Below are positions 1 to 13,384 of a stretch of 64,000 nt of DNA, piece after piece. Position 1 is the stretch's first letter, and each line of letters begins with the position of its first letter. The stretch is from Chiloscyllium plagiosum (Eukaryota). The notes under the pieces are model-generated. The model was not told where the DNA came from, ran no database searches, and worked only from the letters and a program-made list of their open reading frames with translations. The DNA lies in the NCBI RefSeq assembly GCF_004010195.1, contig NC_057752.1:7285785-7349784 (forward strand). The letters are read 5' to 3'. The position numbers and the translations under genes were made by a program.

Positions 1-180
1 TCCACCTATCATATTCCCAGCGCCCCTCCCCCAAATTCCCTCCCCCCTACCCTTTATCTCAGCCTGCTTGGCACACCAGCCTCACCCTGAAGAAGGGCTT
101 ATGCCCGAAACGTCGATTCTCCTGCTCCTCGGATGCTGCCTGGCCTGCTGTGTTTTTCCAGCACCACATTTTTCAACTCT
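1..180 (+). mobile_element. Penelope-like element 3' terminal repeat fragment with minimal hammerhead-ribozyme core (87-114)
   Basis: C/T-rich tract followed by CTGAAGA-A-GGGC-TTAT-GCCC-GAAA-CGTC and the tail gatgctgcctggcctgctgtg...ccagcaccacatttt that recurs at 5534, 12770, 23720, 30706 and 54706. Confidence 0.7.
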
Positions 181-819
181 ACTTCACTTTAATATCTGGC
201 ACAAAATGATTGGATTCTCTCTCTGGTTGTAATGATCATTGCCTGGCTCTTGTGGCATGATTGTTACTGGCCATTTATCGGGCCATTCCTGGATATTGTC
301 CAGATCTTGCTGCATGGATAATCATGGGTAAAATGAATAAATGCAAGTTCTAGCAAAACAATGTTTAAAATAAAAAGCCAATATTGAAGGAACTAAACAG
401 GCAATTCCTGAGTTTTGAATTTCACAGTTTTTCAAGGCCCATATCAAAGATCAAATAAAATTTGACAAAAATATTGTGCAGATCATTCAAAACCTTGAGT
501 TTCATGCATAGCAAAATCTAACTGAAGCAGGCATCTATAATTTATCAAGACCTCAAAACACATTTGGCAAAATGTTGTTTCAGGATATAACACACCAATA
601 CATATATGGCAATTCTACTGACATCAAAACCTCCTGGTGTAGGGCTTGTTACAGTTACTGATCCTAGTAGCACATACTTCAAATAAACAAATGTTAGTCA
701 GCAACGAGGTAATCTCCCACATTCAGCTCAACGCCAATGAACTGGACTGGAGTGGAAAATTGCTTTCTTTCTTTTATCTTTTTTAAAAAAAAAGCCATTC
801 TCAATGAAAACAACAATTA

Positions 820-1565
820 GAACAAAGAAAAAAAAAGAGAAGTACAGCACAGAAACAGGCTCTTTGGCCCTCCACGCCTATGCCGTCCATCATGTCCTAA
901 CTAAACTAAACAAATAAACCTTCTGCTCTTCTTCGGTCCATAGACCTCTATTCCCTCCCTATTCATGTAACCATCCAGATGCCTCTTAAATGTCGCCAAC
1001 ATGCCCGTTTTCACCACCTCTCCTAGCAGTGCGTTCCAGGCTCCTACCACTCTGCGTGAAAAGCTTCCCTCGCGTGAAAAGCTTCCCTTAAACTTTCCCT
1101 CTCTCACTATGAACCTGTGCTCTCTTGTATTGAAACATCAACCCTGGGAAAATGCCTCTGACTATCCACCCTACCTATGCCTCTCATCATTTTGTAGATC
1201 TCTATCAGGTCTCCTCTCAGCCGCTGTCTTTCCACTGAAAACAATCCTATCTTTTTAACCTTTCCTCAGAGCCAAAGCCCTCAAGACCAGGCAACATCCT
1301 GGTGAACCTCCTGTGCATTGTCTCCAAAGCTTTCATGTCCTTCTGGTAGTGTGGCAACCAAAACCGCACATAATACTCCAAATGTGGCCTAACAAGGGTT
1401 TTATACAGTTGCAAAATAGTTTGCCAACTCTTGTACTCCATGCCCTGGCTAATGAAAGCAAGCAGGACATATGTCTTCTTAATCACCTTGGCCACGGTGT
1501 TGCCACTTTTAAGGAACTGTGGACCTGCCTGCCCAGATCTGTCTGTACAATAATGTTCCTAATTA
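820..1565 (-). mobile_element. CR1 LINE 3' fragment (RT C-terminal region and 3' UTR)
   Basis: Peptides YKTLVRPHLEYYVRFWLPHYQKD and FSRRVVGAWNAL are typical of the CR1 ORF2 C-terminus; contains an 18-bp tandem duplication at about 1054-1088. Confidence 0.9.
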
Positions 1566-1659
1566 CTAGTGGTAGACCTCTATAATAACTGTTGTCAAAC
1601 TAGTCTAGTCCATATGTTGACTATGTTTTTTGACCCCAACCATTGTCTGCCTCTAAAAT

Positions 1660-2045
1660 AATTTGTATTTATACAGTGCCTTTTACAATCTCAATGTCCC
1701 AAAGCACTTTACAACCAATGAAATATTGTACAAGCTGGCAAGGGAAACGTGGCAACCAAATTGCACAAAGCAAGGTCCATTAAACAGCGGTGAGATAATG
1801 ACCAAATAATCTGTTTTATGATGCTGATTAAGAGATAAATAACAGCACTGACACCAGAGTGAACTCACCTGTTCCAAAGGTACCATGAGACCTCATGTCC
1901 ATCTTGGGAGGATGGACAAGGCATTGGCTAAATACATTACCAAGATACGTCATCTCTGATCAGTGCAGCACCCCCTGCCCATCTCCAGTACTGCACTTTA
2001 ATCCACAGAGCCAAGAGAATGCTACCACTATGCTGAGGCTGACAC
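1660..2045 (-). mobile_element. Deu-domain SINE (SacSINE1-like), decayed
   Basis: gtcccaaagcactttacaaccaatgaa...gcaaccaaattgcacaaagcaag...gataatgaccaaataatctgtttt...cagtactgcact resembles the antisense of the shark Deu-SINE body; same family at 41915-47030. Confidence 0.7.
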
Positions 2046-3054
2046 CTGGAAACTTTATTTAGCAACTTTTAATCCTGTCAATACTATCCTTGATCTGCCA
2101 GAAAATGTAATAGGGTTCATTTGCCTTACATTTGTTTCTCTCTTTCTTCTCATAAGAGGGGATTGCATTCAATGAGGAAGACGACATGATTATTGGAGCT
2201 GGAGGGCATTGGGTGGGGTCCTGTTTCAGCAATCTTTAAGATCACAAAGTGTGAAGTGTGGAGCAACTATATGGTCACAAGATGTTACTGCATCTATATT
2301 ATTTCATACTTAGCAAATTCAAGACTGTCTAATTTCAAAGACTTCACCAAACCAACTAGATAGGAAGGGTAGGCACCGTGCTAAAAATACCTTCTAGGGA
2401 CTTTGATCACAGCCAGTTTGCATCTCAAGCATCGGAAATTATGTAGTGGTTTTGTAAATTTTAATTAGTAAGTAATCTCAGACAGGAAACAACGTGAAGG
2501 AAGCTGATATTCAGTCTCATCTTGAAAAATGAAACAGTACTTAGCAAACTTTACAAACTGCAATCACTTTTTAAAAAATTGTTTTTTGAATAGTGCATTA
2601 TACAAATAAATATCTATTTAGTGCAAATGAGCAACTATAACCAATACCATCCATCACTGAATACTATTCAATAAGATTATAATCTCACAGTTTGTTTTAA
2701 TCATGCTCAGAACACTTTTTGTTCAATTTAATTTATTTATATAGTTATATGCATGTTCGATCCAGGAGCATAGTTCCCCTAACATTCATGTATCAGTTCT
2801 AGAGGAATGTCAACAGCAGAACAAGCATGGAAGAAATGTTGTGAAGAGCACAGCTGAAATATACTGTGGAACAGCAAGTCTGTAAACTAATTTAACTATC
2901 TTGCAGTGACAGGATTAACTGTGAGATTTCAGTGCAATCAAAGCCTGCAGCACTTGAGCAAGGGAATGGATCAAGAGGCAGTTTTTGTTTGCTGGAAACT
3001 AAATAGCGTACCTTCTATATTACGGGTACTACATTACAGGACCTTCCAATTGAT

Positions 3055-3530
3055 GAAGGCGGCTAATAGCATGCTGGCCTTCATAACAAGAGGAATTGAG
3101 TATAGAAGCAAAGAGGTGCTTCTGCAGCTGTACGAAGACTGAGAGGGGATCTGATTGTGACATATAAGATTATTAAAGGATTGGACACTCTGGCGGCAGG
3201 AAACATGTTTCCGCTGATGGGTGAGTGCCGAATCAGAGGACACAGCTTAAAAATACGGTGTAGACCATTTAGGACAGAGCTCAGGAGGAACTTCTTCACC
3301 CAGAGAGTGGTGGCTGTGTGGAATGCTCTGCCCCAGAGGGCAGTGGAAGCCCACTCTCCGGATTCATTTAAGAAAGAGCTGGATAGAGCTCTCAAAGATA
3401 GTGGAATCAAGGGTTATGGAGATAAGGCAGGAACAGGATACTGATTAGGAATGATCAGCCATGATCATATTGAATGGCGGTGCAGGCTCGAAGGGCTGAA
3501 TATCCTACTCCTGCACCTATTGTCTATTAT
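3055..3530 (+). mobile_element. CR1 LINE 3' end with internal deletion
   Basis: ANSMLAFITRGIEYRSKEVLLQLY joined directly to the RGDLIVTYKIIKGLD...FFTQRVVAVWNALP region; tail cctattgtctatt; highly similar to the 33495-33826 copy. Confidence 0.9.
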
Positions 3531-5533
3531 ATAACACAACATTAGGCAGGGCAGTGGTGATGAATCACGCAGAGCAGATGTACAGAGCTATCACTGTATG
3601 TGCATGGTGACACCACCACCATAGTAACCGTTCCCCCCCCCCCGCCCCAGAACAACCCCCCCTCCCACCCCTGCCCTGCCCCAACCCCACCCACACAAAA
3701 AGCAAGATGACTTTGCTGAAAAATACAGGTAGACTTTAGGCTATCTTTGCAATAATCAAGTAGCAGTTTTCTCCTGATGCCTTTCAAGCCATTCAATATA
3801 TATAAACTACAAAAGTACTGCAAACCCTTAAGAAATTCTCAGCAGATATAGTTTAGAAATCACTGTCTTTCCTTTTTAATATAGTCAATAACAAACTACC
3901 AAGTTCAAGAGCTTAAAATGAACCTGAGCAAATTAACTATAGGCAAACTACAAAGCAGCTTCAGTTTGAGGGCACAAGGCAATAATTTTATTGGCAGACA
4001 TACCTAAAAGGTTCCAAGACAAAGTAGGAACATGAAAGGCAATGGATGAAGCAACATTATATTTTAAATCATAATTGCAATGACCTGGTGGAATAAATAC
4101 ATTGGATGAAAACATCTCCCAGAATGTTTGTGGGATGCTAGGTACTTGGCCCTGGCTTATAAAAAGTGAGTGAAGTGTAGGTAACTTCAAGAAAATTATA
4201 TATAACGCATAATTTTTTCCTAACATTTTGCTCCTTCCCCTCAAAGTGTTAGCTCAGGGAATCCCAAAGTGATAGCTGGAACCCGAAATTAGGTTGTGAA
4301 CTGAAATTTTGGGAACCTGAGATTTCAGGCAGCAATGGCCACCATAATAGCTGTGCTCCAACTCTAACAGGCTCCTGCTCTCACAGCACACCCCAACTCA
4401 CTCATTTCTCACTGAAAGGTCCAAACAATTTTCAAACCTTGAATTGCAGTCACGGTGGGAAAAAGTTTGAAAGTACTTGTTTTATCCAGTAAAACTAAAT
4501 TCTACGTGCCCCACATTCAATATAAATGACACTAGAATAAAAAAGCAATTTGTCTGCTTCAAGTCACAGCTAAGAGGAGTTACTCTAATGCACAAGTAGG
4601 CTCTTTGTGGTAATTTCTTATATCAGACTGCCAGGTTGGATCAAACCTACGGCAAGTCACTGGAATTCAGTGTTGTTCACATTTGTTAAAAGCCAAAACT
4701 CAGCAAAAGCAGTCTCTCAGAAACATTGTACTAGGCAATGACAGGATGTGGGGCTCTGCATCTCTAAACACTTCACACACATTTTAAATACATTAGTCAG
4801 AATTTGTCAAATAAAGTAAAGGCCATTACCCACAGAGACAAGAAAATGCCTCTGATGTTATAATTTAAATGACACTTGTTCCATCGATGCCACATTCAGG
4901 CTTCTTAAACAGTATTCCTGTCCTAATGATTGCCCCAGACTGGCCATGAATAAGTCATGTCCATAATCAGGTGGATTAAGTATTCGGTTACTTGCTAGAG
5001 GGCAACTATTTCACTTAGCAGTAACACTCGGAACTGAATTTGCATAGCATTCTCACACCTTTTCCAGTCAACGAGGCAGAAAATACCAAAATCTAGGCCA
5101 TTTTAGTACAAGGTAAAACAACTTAACCCATGTTTAATTTAAAGAACAAAGATATTATAAACATAGTAATATGGAAGACAGAAACAAGAAGTTAATTTAC
5201 TTTCATCAACTTCGATTTTTAACTGAAAAAATTTCGAAGTCCCTTCCTTGGATGGTATAGGACATAGTTTTGATACAGTTAGAGAACACTTCCTACCTAG
5301 ATGGTCAGAATATGATCAACTGAATTGTGAATACAAGTTTCTTTTAATGCTATTTGCTTTGACAGAAAATTGTAACAGAAACTGTAAGATGATACCTTCT
5401 TAAAATACTGAAATACAAGTTTATGACCCCAGAGATTTCCTATGGAAAGCAAACCCCATGAGCTCGGAGCCTATTATTTGGTTACTTCCATATGGCCCAT
5501 TATTTACATGAAAATAAATTTACATCAGACACA

Positions 5534-5836
5534 TCCCCTCCCCCCACCTTGTCTCAGTCCCAACCCTCGAACTCAGCTCCACCTTCCTAACCTGCAATCT
5601 TCTTCCTGACCTCTCCACCCCCCAACCCCACTCCGGCCTATCACCCTCACCTTAACCTCCTTCCACCTATCACATTTCCAACGCACCTCCCCCAAGTCCC
5701 TCCTCCCTACCTTTTATCTTAGCCTGCTTGGCACACTCTCCTCATTCCTGAAGAAGGGCTCATGCCCGAAACATCGATTCTCCTTCTCCTTGGATGCTGC
5801 CTGACTTGCTGCGCTTTTCCAGCAACACATTTTCAG
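5534..5836 (+). mobile_element. Penelope-like element terminal fragment with hammerhead core (5748-5775) and 10-bp TSD
   Basis: Flanked by atcagacaca at 5524-5533 and 5837-5846; contains CTGAAGA-A-GGGC-TCAT-GCCC-GAAA-CATC. Confidence 0.75.
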
Positions 5837-7829
5837 ATCAGACACAATCTATCAACATAACTTCTAATTCCTGATTTTATTTTGACAGCCAGAGATCAAA
5901 TAACAAAAAAAAGCATATCTTCAACATAATCACAAAACTAGTTGTTTAAATTTAGCATATTTTCAAAACCTAATTCGCAAAGAAAAAAGCCAGAATGTAT
6001 CAGTTAGGTTCAATTAATCTTACTTGAACAAAATTGGTATTCCTTATGATCCAAGTGACTATACTTCAAAAGGACTCAATTGGTTGCCAGGTGCCTTGGA
6101 ACATCAAAATTATAATAGGGTATTATATAACTGGAAGTACCTTTTCTCTTTACTGGCAAAACAGTACTTATTTGACAGCTTGGGACATATCGCCATCCTT
6201 AATTTCTCTGCTGAGAACTAGAAGTTGGACAGCAGTATAAAGCAATCGCGATCAGCATGTGATTATACATTTATAAATCATGGCAAAACGTGTTGCAACA
6301 GTTGCAATATCCCAAATATGCCACTGACAAATTCCTCTACATGAACCCAAATAGCTTTAGCTCAATGGCATCGCATTTGCTGGTTTGAGAAAATCATAGA
6401 TATGGAGCCAAATTCAGAGGCTGGAAAACGTAATCTAAGATGGCACTTCAGTGCAGCACAGAAGGTATTCAACCAATTGCATCTGTGCCAGTTCTTTGAA
6501 TAATCTATTCAATTAGTTGCATTCCCTTATTCTTTCCCCATATTTCTCCAAATTTCTCCAAATATATATTCACTTCCCTTTTGAAAATTATGATCGAATC
6601 GCCTCCTACCAACTTTTCAGGCAGTGCATTCCAAAATCATTTGCTACATTTTTAAAGAAATTACATTATAGGAATTGTTCTGGAAGCTCAATGAACGAAG
6701 TCAATAGTTTCTTGAATGTCTGGCTCACAATCTAAGCAAGTAGCTTTTTCTTTACAGAAATATTCTACTAATAGGCAAGTAAAATTCAATACCTTAAAAA
6801 TGAAACTGATTAATGATTTACTAAGTCACCAAATGAACTATTGAAAGCCTTCCGAAATCAAACCAGGTAAACAGATTAGCTGATTTTGAATAGACTGTTG
6901 GCAATACTTCTAAATTCCAATGGTCCCGGATCTGTTTTGCAACTGTGACCAACAGAATAAACTTAGTAAATCTGTTAAATCAACACTGATCATTTTCTGC
7001 AAAAGATTTACTAAACTTTTCAAAAGATATTACAATGACAGACTGCACAATACATGAAAACTGATGCTTTCAAAATGCCACAGCAGCTTTTAATATTGTC
7101 AGGATCTAGAATATTTAAATAACTTGCCCCAGCATCATGTTTCTTTTCTTAGAGAGTGGTAAGGACGTCGAACGCACTGTCTGCAACAGCAGTAGACTCA
7201 CTAACTTTAAAGGGCATTTAAATGGTCATTGGATAAACTTATGGATGATAATGGAATAGTGCAGGTTAAATGGGCTTCAGATTGGTTTCACAGGTCGGTG
7301 CAACATCGAGGGCCGAAGGGCCTCTACTGTGCTGTAATGTTCTATGTTGCAACTGTCTTCTTTTTTAAAAGGAGGGCTATTAGCACAGGGCAAATTCTGT
7401 TTCTCCCCAACTATCAACAGCAACTTTAATTTATAAACCACGTTAAATACAGAGTAATATAGGATTATTAACCACAATAACTTATCATATGTTTTATCGA
7501 CTTAAAGCTTACTGTTTAAAGATAGAAGGCAGCATTTTTCCATAAATCCCAGAAATTAAAAGATGTTGATCAAGTGTCCAGTTCCAGAAACAAGTGAAAT
7601 GGGTACAATTTACTCCTTGGAAAATCATCAAGCTGATTTTCTTTTGTTTTATACAATTCATGGGCATTTTAAAAATTGTGATGCAGCCTGTTAGAATAGC
7701 AATTTTGCTGCAACCTTTTACAAATAAAGTTACTGAAATAGTTTTTAAACTTGTTTGTAGATCTGCTGTGATATTTAACTGCAAATATCAAAGCAAGTGA
7801 ATATAAAAATATACGCACAAAGTGCTGGT

Positions 7830-8330
7830 TCTGGTTAGACTAAACCTAGAATACTGTGAAGACCTTTGGTTCCCTTATCTAAAGGGGCAATATATTGGCA
7901 GTGGCAGGATTCCAGAGAAGATTCACTAGATTGTTGCTGGATATGGAGGGATTTTTTGTTTTAAATGAGGAGAGGAGACCTTATTGAAACAGACAAGATT
8001 CTTATGAGGCTTGCTAGAATAGATGCTAAGGGGTTATTTCCCCTTGTGGGAGAGTTTCGGACTAGAGGGCATCATCTTAGAATGAGGAGTCACCGAGTTA
8101 GGATAGAAAGTAGCGCATCTGTGGAACTGTTTACTGCAGAGGGCTGTATAAGCAATATCATTAAGAATGTTCAGAGCTGAGATGGCCAGATGTTTAATTA
8201 GTAAGGGAATCAAGGGTTATAGGGATAAGGCAGGAAAGTTGAGTTGCGGACTATCGGATCAGCCATGAATTGCAGACAGACTTGACAGGCCAAATGGCCT
8301 ATTTCAGACCCTACATCTTATGGTCTCATC
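7830..8330 (+). mobile_element. CR1 LINE 3' fragment
   Basis: MRRGDLIETDKILMRLARIDAKGLFPLVGEFRTRGH plus the CR1 3' UTR gggaatcaagggttat...ggccaaatggcct. Confidence 0.85.
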
Positions 8331-9349
8331 AAGTTAAAAACCAGGGGTACATGAACTTTAATGAGATAACGCAGTTGGAAAGAAGTCTGCTGTTAATAAT
8401 TATTCTGCATATTCCTTAAAAACAAAACCCAGCTCAAAATTGAGCAATGCTATAAGAGTATTCAATGAATAGGTTATAAAAATTGGAGCATCAGTCACAA
8501 TTTGAAATGTCAAGTTGTTGAGTTCTTGTGCATTAAAACAACTTCAAAAACCATGGATACAGGAGATAACTGACTGGAAACACAATGCAACCAGAAGCAA
8601 GGGCTTATTTCTGTGACTGCCAGTTACATACATAGAACTAACATTATTTAGGGAGGGGAGCAAATATATTTACCTGTAGTACAATAAGAAAACACGAAAC
8701 AGTTATTTTTAATCTTAGAAAGGTATCACATGACATGATACAAATCTTCTGCTTCAAGAGTATTTGATTACTTTTTGGAAAAAGAAATCAGGATCTGCAA
8801 CATCTGCAGTTGTTACTTGTGCTTGAATGTCTAACAACAAATGTCCATCAGCAACATGCCAAGTTAAGAAAGCGGAGGTTTAATTTCATGAGCCTTACTT
8901 AGCTACTATCGTTTGATGAATGAAGAAGTTCAACCAGTGAACAAGCTAGAATATTCCAACACTATCTTGTACACGCAACCTGAGCTTTGCAATTCTCAGA
9001 AGGCAGTTTAAAGCCATTTACATCAAGTCTGGTGAAAAACACCTTATTTCGGAGCAAGGGATTTTCTTTTAGAATTGCCAACTGCAGTGGCCATTCAGAT
9101 AGCACACTAAGACTTGATGTCTGTAAGCCCATCTCCTGCTCAGCCATGAAAATGTACAACGAGGAACAAAAATGCAAAGCCAGGAAACCATTGTTAGAAA
9201 TATGAAGATGACTGCACGTTTAAAATCTGAAGTATCAAAAGTAAAATATGTTACCTATAGTAACTTTGAGAAGAACATTATAGTTATATTTAGGAGACTG
9301 TTCATATAATAACATCATATTGCACAGATTTATCTATTTAACTGACATA

Positions 9350-11035
9350 CAAATATAGGCCCCTTGCGGTCTGAAAAGGAGGAGTTGATAATGAAGTGGT
9401 AAGGAAGTGGTAGAGCAATTAAACAACTACTTTAATTCTGTCTTCACAGAAGATACATATCTTCTCAAAACTGCTAGGGACACAAGGGCCTTTTGTGAAG
9501 GAGGAATTGAAGGAAATTAGCGGTAGTTTTAAAAAAAAAGGTGTTGGAAAAATGAATGGGGCTGAAAACTAATGAATCCCCAAGGCCTGATAATGGTACC
9601 CAGGGTACTAAAGGTGGTGGATACATTGGTCATCTTCCAAAATTCTGTAGGTTCTGGAACAATCACTACAGATTGGAGGGTAACAAATGTAATCCCACTA
9701 TTAAAGGAGGGAGGAACATTAGTAGTAGGGAAATGCTGGAGTCTGTTATAAAGGTTGCAATAACAGGACACTTAGAAAATACAAATGAATTACAAAGTCA
9801 AAATGGATTATGAAAGGAAATCCTGTTTAACAAATCTACTGGAGTTTTTTGAGAATATAACTAGCAGAATAGATGAGGGAGAACCAGAGGATGAGGTGTA
9901 TTTGGATTTTCAGAAAGCTTTTGATAAAGTTCCATGTAAGAGGTTATTGTGCAAAAACATTTTATGGGATTGGTGGCAGTAAATTGCTGTCCAATTCTCA
10001 ATTCATGCCAGACAGGAAACTGACCAGAAATAAATGGATAATTTTTGGCATGCAAGGCAGTGACAATTGGAGTACTGCAAGGATCAGTGCTTGGGCCCCA
10101 GCTATTCACAATACAATATCAACAATCTGGATGAGGGAACAGACATTAATATTTCCATGTTCGCTGACAACACAAAACTAGGCGGGAGTGAGTTATGAGA
10201 AGGATGTCAAGAGGCTTCAGAGTAATTTAGACAATTTGAGAGAGCAGGTAATACATGGTAGAGGCAACATAATGTGGATAATTTTGAAGTTGTCCACTTC
10301 AGTGGGGAAAATGACAAAGTGTTATTTAAATGATGATAGATTGGGAAAACAATATACAAAAGGGAACTGCATGTCCTTGAAAGCAAGCACGCAGGTGCAG
10401 CAAGAAATTAGGAATGCAAATTATACGTTGGCCTTCATTGCATTTTGAATACAGGAGCAGGGAAGTCTTAGTGCAGCAGTAGAGGGCCTTAGTGAGACCA
10501 CTCCGGGAGCACTGTGTGCAGTTTGGTCTTCTTATCTGAGAAAATATACACCACCCACAGAGAACAGCAAAGGTTCACCAAGTTAATTTCTCAGATGACA
10601 GGTTTGTTGTATAAGGAGAAATTGGTTCAATTGGGCAGCTATTTACTGGAGTTTAGGGGGAATTTCACTGAAATGCATAAAATTCTGATAGGACTGGACA
10701 GTCTGGATACAGAGATAATGTTACCTCTGGTTTGGGGGTGGGTGGGGATTCAGAACAAGGGGTCACTGTTTCAGGATACTTGACAGGCTAATTTAGACTC
10801 TCACCAGGAGAAATTTCTTCACTCAGAGGATGGTGAATCTGCGAAATTTTCTACCACAGAAATTGTTGAGACCAAGTCACTGAATATATTTAAGAGATAG
10901 ATTTCTAGAAGCTAAACGTCAAGGGGTACAGGGAGAGAGCAGGAATATGATGTTGAGATAGAGGTTCAGCCATGTTGAATGGCCGATGCGACTTGACTGA
11001 CTGAATGGCCAACTTGTGGTCTTATTTTCTATGTT
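9350..11035 (+). mobile_element. Degraded CR1 LINE ORF2 (RT) and 3' UTR
   Basis: SCLTNLLEFFE...VYLDFQKAFDKVP, a GV-QGSVLGP-like motif and FADN(D)TKLGG, with many frameshifts. Confidence 0.9.
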
Positions 11036-11072
11036 TCAGAGATTTTTACACTAATATTCTAGAGTACTGAAT

Positions 11073-11280
11073 TGGTTAGCTCAGTTGGCTGGATGACTGA
11101 TTTGAAATGCAGAATGATGCCAACGCCAAAGGTTCAATTCCTGTACCTGTCATCTTGAAGGCCCTGCCTTCTCAACTGCACCCCTCACCTGAGGCATGGT
11201 AACCCTCAGGTTAGTTCATCACCAGTCATCTCTCTAATGAGAGAGTGACCGACAGTCCTTTGGGACTCGGGTGACTTCCA
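11073..11280 (+). mobile_element. tRNA-derived SINE (second copy at about 30495-30690)
   Basis: A-box tagctcagttgg and B-box ggttcaattcc, then a body cctgaggcatggtaaccctcagg...tctctctaatgagagag shared with 30591-30650. Confidence 0.7.
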
Positions 11281-12762
11281 CTCGAGTTCAAAATCACCGA
11301 ACACTGCTGTAAATGAACAGCATTTCCTTGAGAGTGTACTTTTACTTGTCCAACAACTAGATAAATACCCAGATGTTGAACAGAACGCTTGCCTCAATTG
11401 GACCACATCACATTATAACTAAATAATCCGACTTTGGAAGACCAAATAAGATACAAGGGTGGCCCAGGCTACAAACCAATAGACAGCAGTGAATACTGAA
11501 CAGGTAACTAAAAATCAGCAGAAATATATTGTAAATACCATCATGATTAAGCCATGCACCTGTTGCATGTTTTTGCCATGTGCGAAATACCAATTACATA
11601 AACAAGAAATCAAAGTTTTCTTTCGATACCTTAAAGTTTTTCTGCATCCTTTCAGTGGCAATGTGGATTATTTCCTGTTCACTGTAACAATATTATCTGA
11701 TCCTTTGTGAACTTTGCTACGATGGATTCATTCACTTTTAAAATTTTGCAAAGAAAATGAATTAAAAAAGAAACTGGAAGAGGAACAAGTGATGGAACAG
11801 TACAATTTCTTCACTCCAAACAGAAATGGAGATGGAGGAGAAAAACTGTAAGAAAGATAGGTTTAAAAAAATTCATAATCTTCTCAGGAACATGCATTTC
11901 AGATGAGTGTCACATGCTGCACTGGCACAAACCAGAAGTCATTGTAGTCACCTGCTGACTACAATCAATCACTGTGCTTATGGCTAACATAGGTTTATAT
12001 GGCAGTTTCAATTCTTTGGATGCCACTTTTGAAGGCCCAATGAACTAACAAGGTTTTCAACTTCACCTGGACATAGCTCCGAGTATTTATGAAATAATTG
12101 GTATGAATGATACAATGAAGCAACACTTCATTTTTGATCTGAGCTTCTCCTTGTTCAGGAACTTATGGGTTTTGCTGCATATACCCAAATTACCCCTGCC
12201 CATCTCCCAGGGATCGGAGGAAGCACTTTTCTGACACTTTAGACCCTCATCATAACTATCAACAATCTGTACATATCACACACCCACCAACTTTTTTTTT
12301 GCTAAAAGGTAATTCAACAGCTCCCACTGCAATTGGTCTCACTCTGCCAAGAAAGAAACCGGTGGCACATACTTACATGGTGAATTAGTGAACTCGGGTT
12401 AGCGATTTCTGAGAACGAGAGTTCTAGAAATCTTGGAAGAAAGCACAGCATTTAGTTTAAAAATGTGTTGTGTTACAATAGTTCCTTCAATGACAACTAG
12501 GGTAGCCTCTGGTTTACCAATAATTTAAGTTTAACCGACCTACTATTTTTAGATGAGGGAGAAAAATCGTTTGAATTTAAGTTTCAAACACTGCTTTCAT
12601 TCCACTTTTTGTGGAATATGAAGTTGACAACCTCTGATTTCAAAAGCTACCTCATGTAAAAAGTCTATAGTGGGGGGGGGTGTCTAATAATGCAGTGGTG
12701 GTGTCCCTACCTTTGAGCATGGATGCCTCAGTTCAAATTCTACCGGCTCCCATCTCTGAACA

Positions 12763-12907
12763 GACAAAATTAGAGTGGTGCTGGAAAAGCACAGCAGGTC
12801 AGGCAGCATCATTCCTGATGAAGGGCTTTTGCCCGAAATGTCGATTTTCCTGCTCCTCAGATGCTGCCTGACCTGCTGTGCTTTTCCAGCACCACTCTAA
12901 TTTTGAC
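12763..12907. mobile_element. Foldback Penelope-like terminal element with hammerhead core in the loop (12815-12842)
   Basis: Arms caaaattagagtggtgctggaaaagcacagcaggtcaggcagcatc / gatgctgcctgacctgctgtgcttttccagcaccactctaattttg are reverse complements; the loop contains CTGATGA-A-GGGC-TTTT-GCCC-GAAA-TGTC. Confidence 0.75.
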
Positions 12908-13384
12908 TCTGTTACTCTGACTGCCTGTATTTGTCCATTGTTTTATGATTATGTCGATAGAAAGCCTTTTTCTTGCTACCTTTCTCCAATTCATTACCTT
13001 TTCTAATTTCTGTTTACAATTTTTCTACATATTCTAATTGTCCTTTCATTTTTATTACCCAGTGAACTCTAAATCATTCTTTTGAAGCTTCAAATCTGGT
13101 CTAACAATCCTTCAGGACATTTCCCCCCCCCGCCCCCAAATCAAACTTACCTGATTTGCACATTTTTGATCTCCTAATTAAATATTTTGCTAGTTATTAG
13201 CTGTTCGCCATTTTCTCTCCCCTCTAGTCAAAGGTTCCTTTCCAGCTCATTTTGAACTGCCATACAGGTTCATTGATCATGTGTCTTGAATCTTAATCTT
13301 TCTTTTTCTATTATTTTTTACTCTAATCTTATTCTTTCCCATAAGTTTTCATTTTTGGATGGGCTACTCTTTTATTCAGAATTA

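Noticed and set aside
8962..9205. Overlapping 71-72 aa ORFs in unique-looking SPATS2 intron sequence
   Set aside because: No recognisable similarity to SPATS2 exon 2 or any family I know, and no convincing splice-site pair
11073..11150. tRNA-like sequence with A and B boxes (also 14320 and 57926)
   Set aside because: No proper cloverleaf, and each continues into a SINE body
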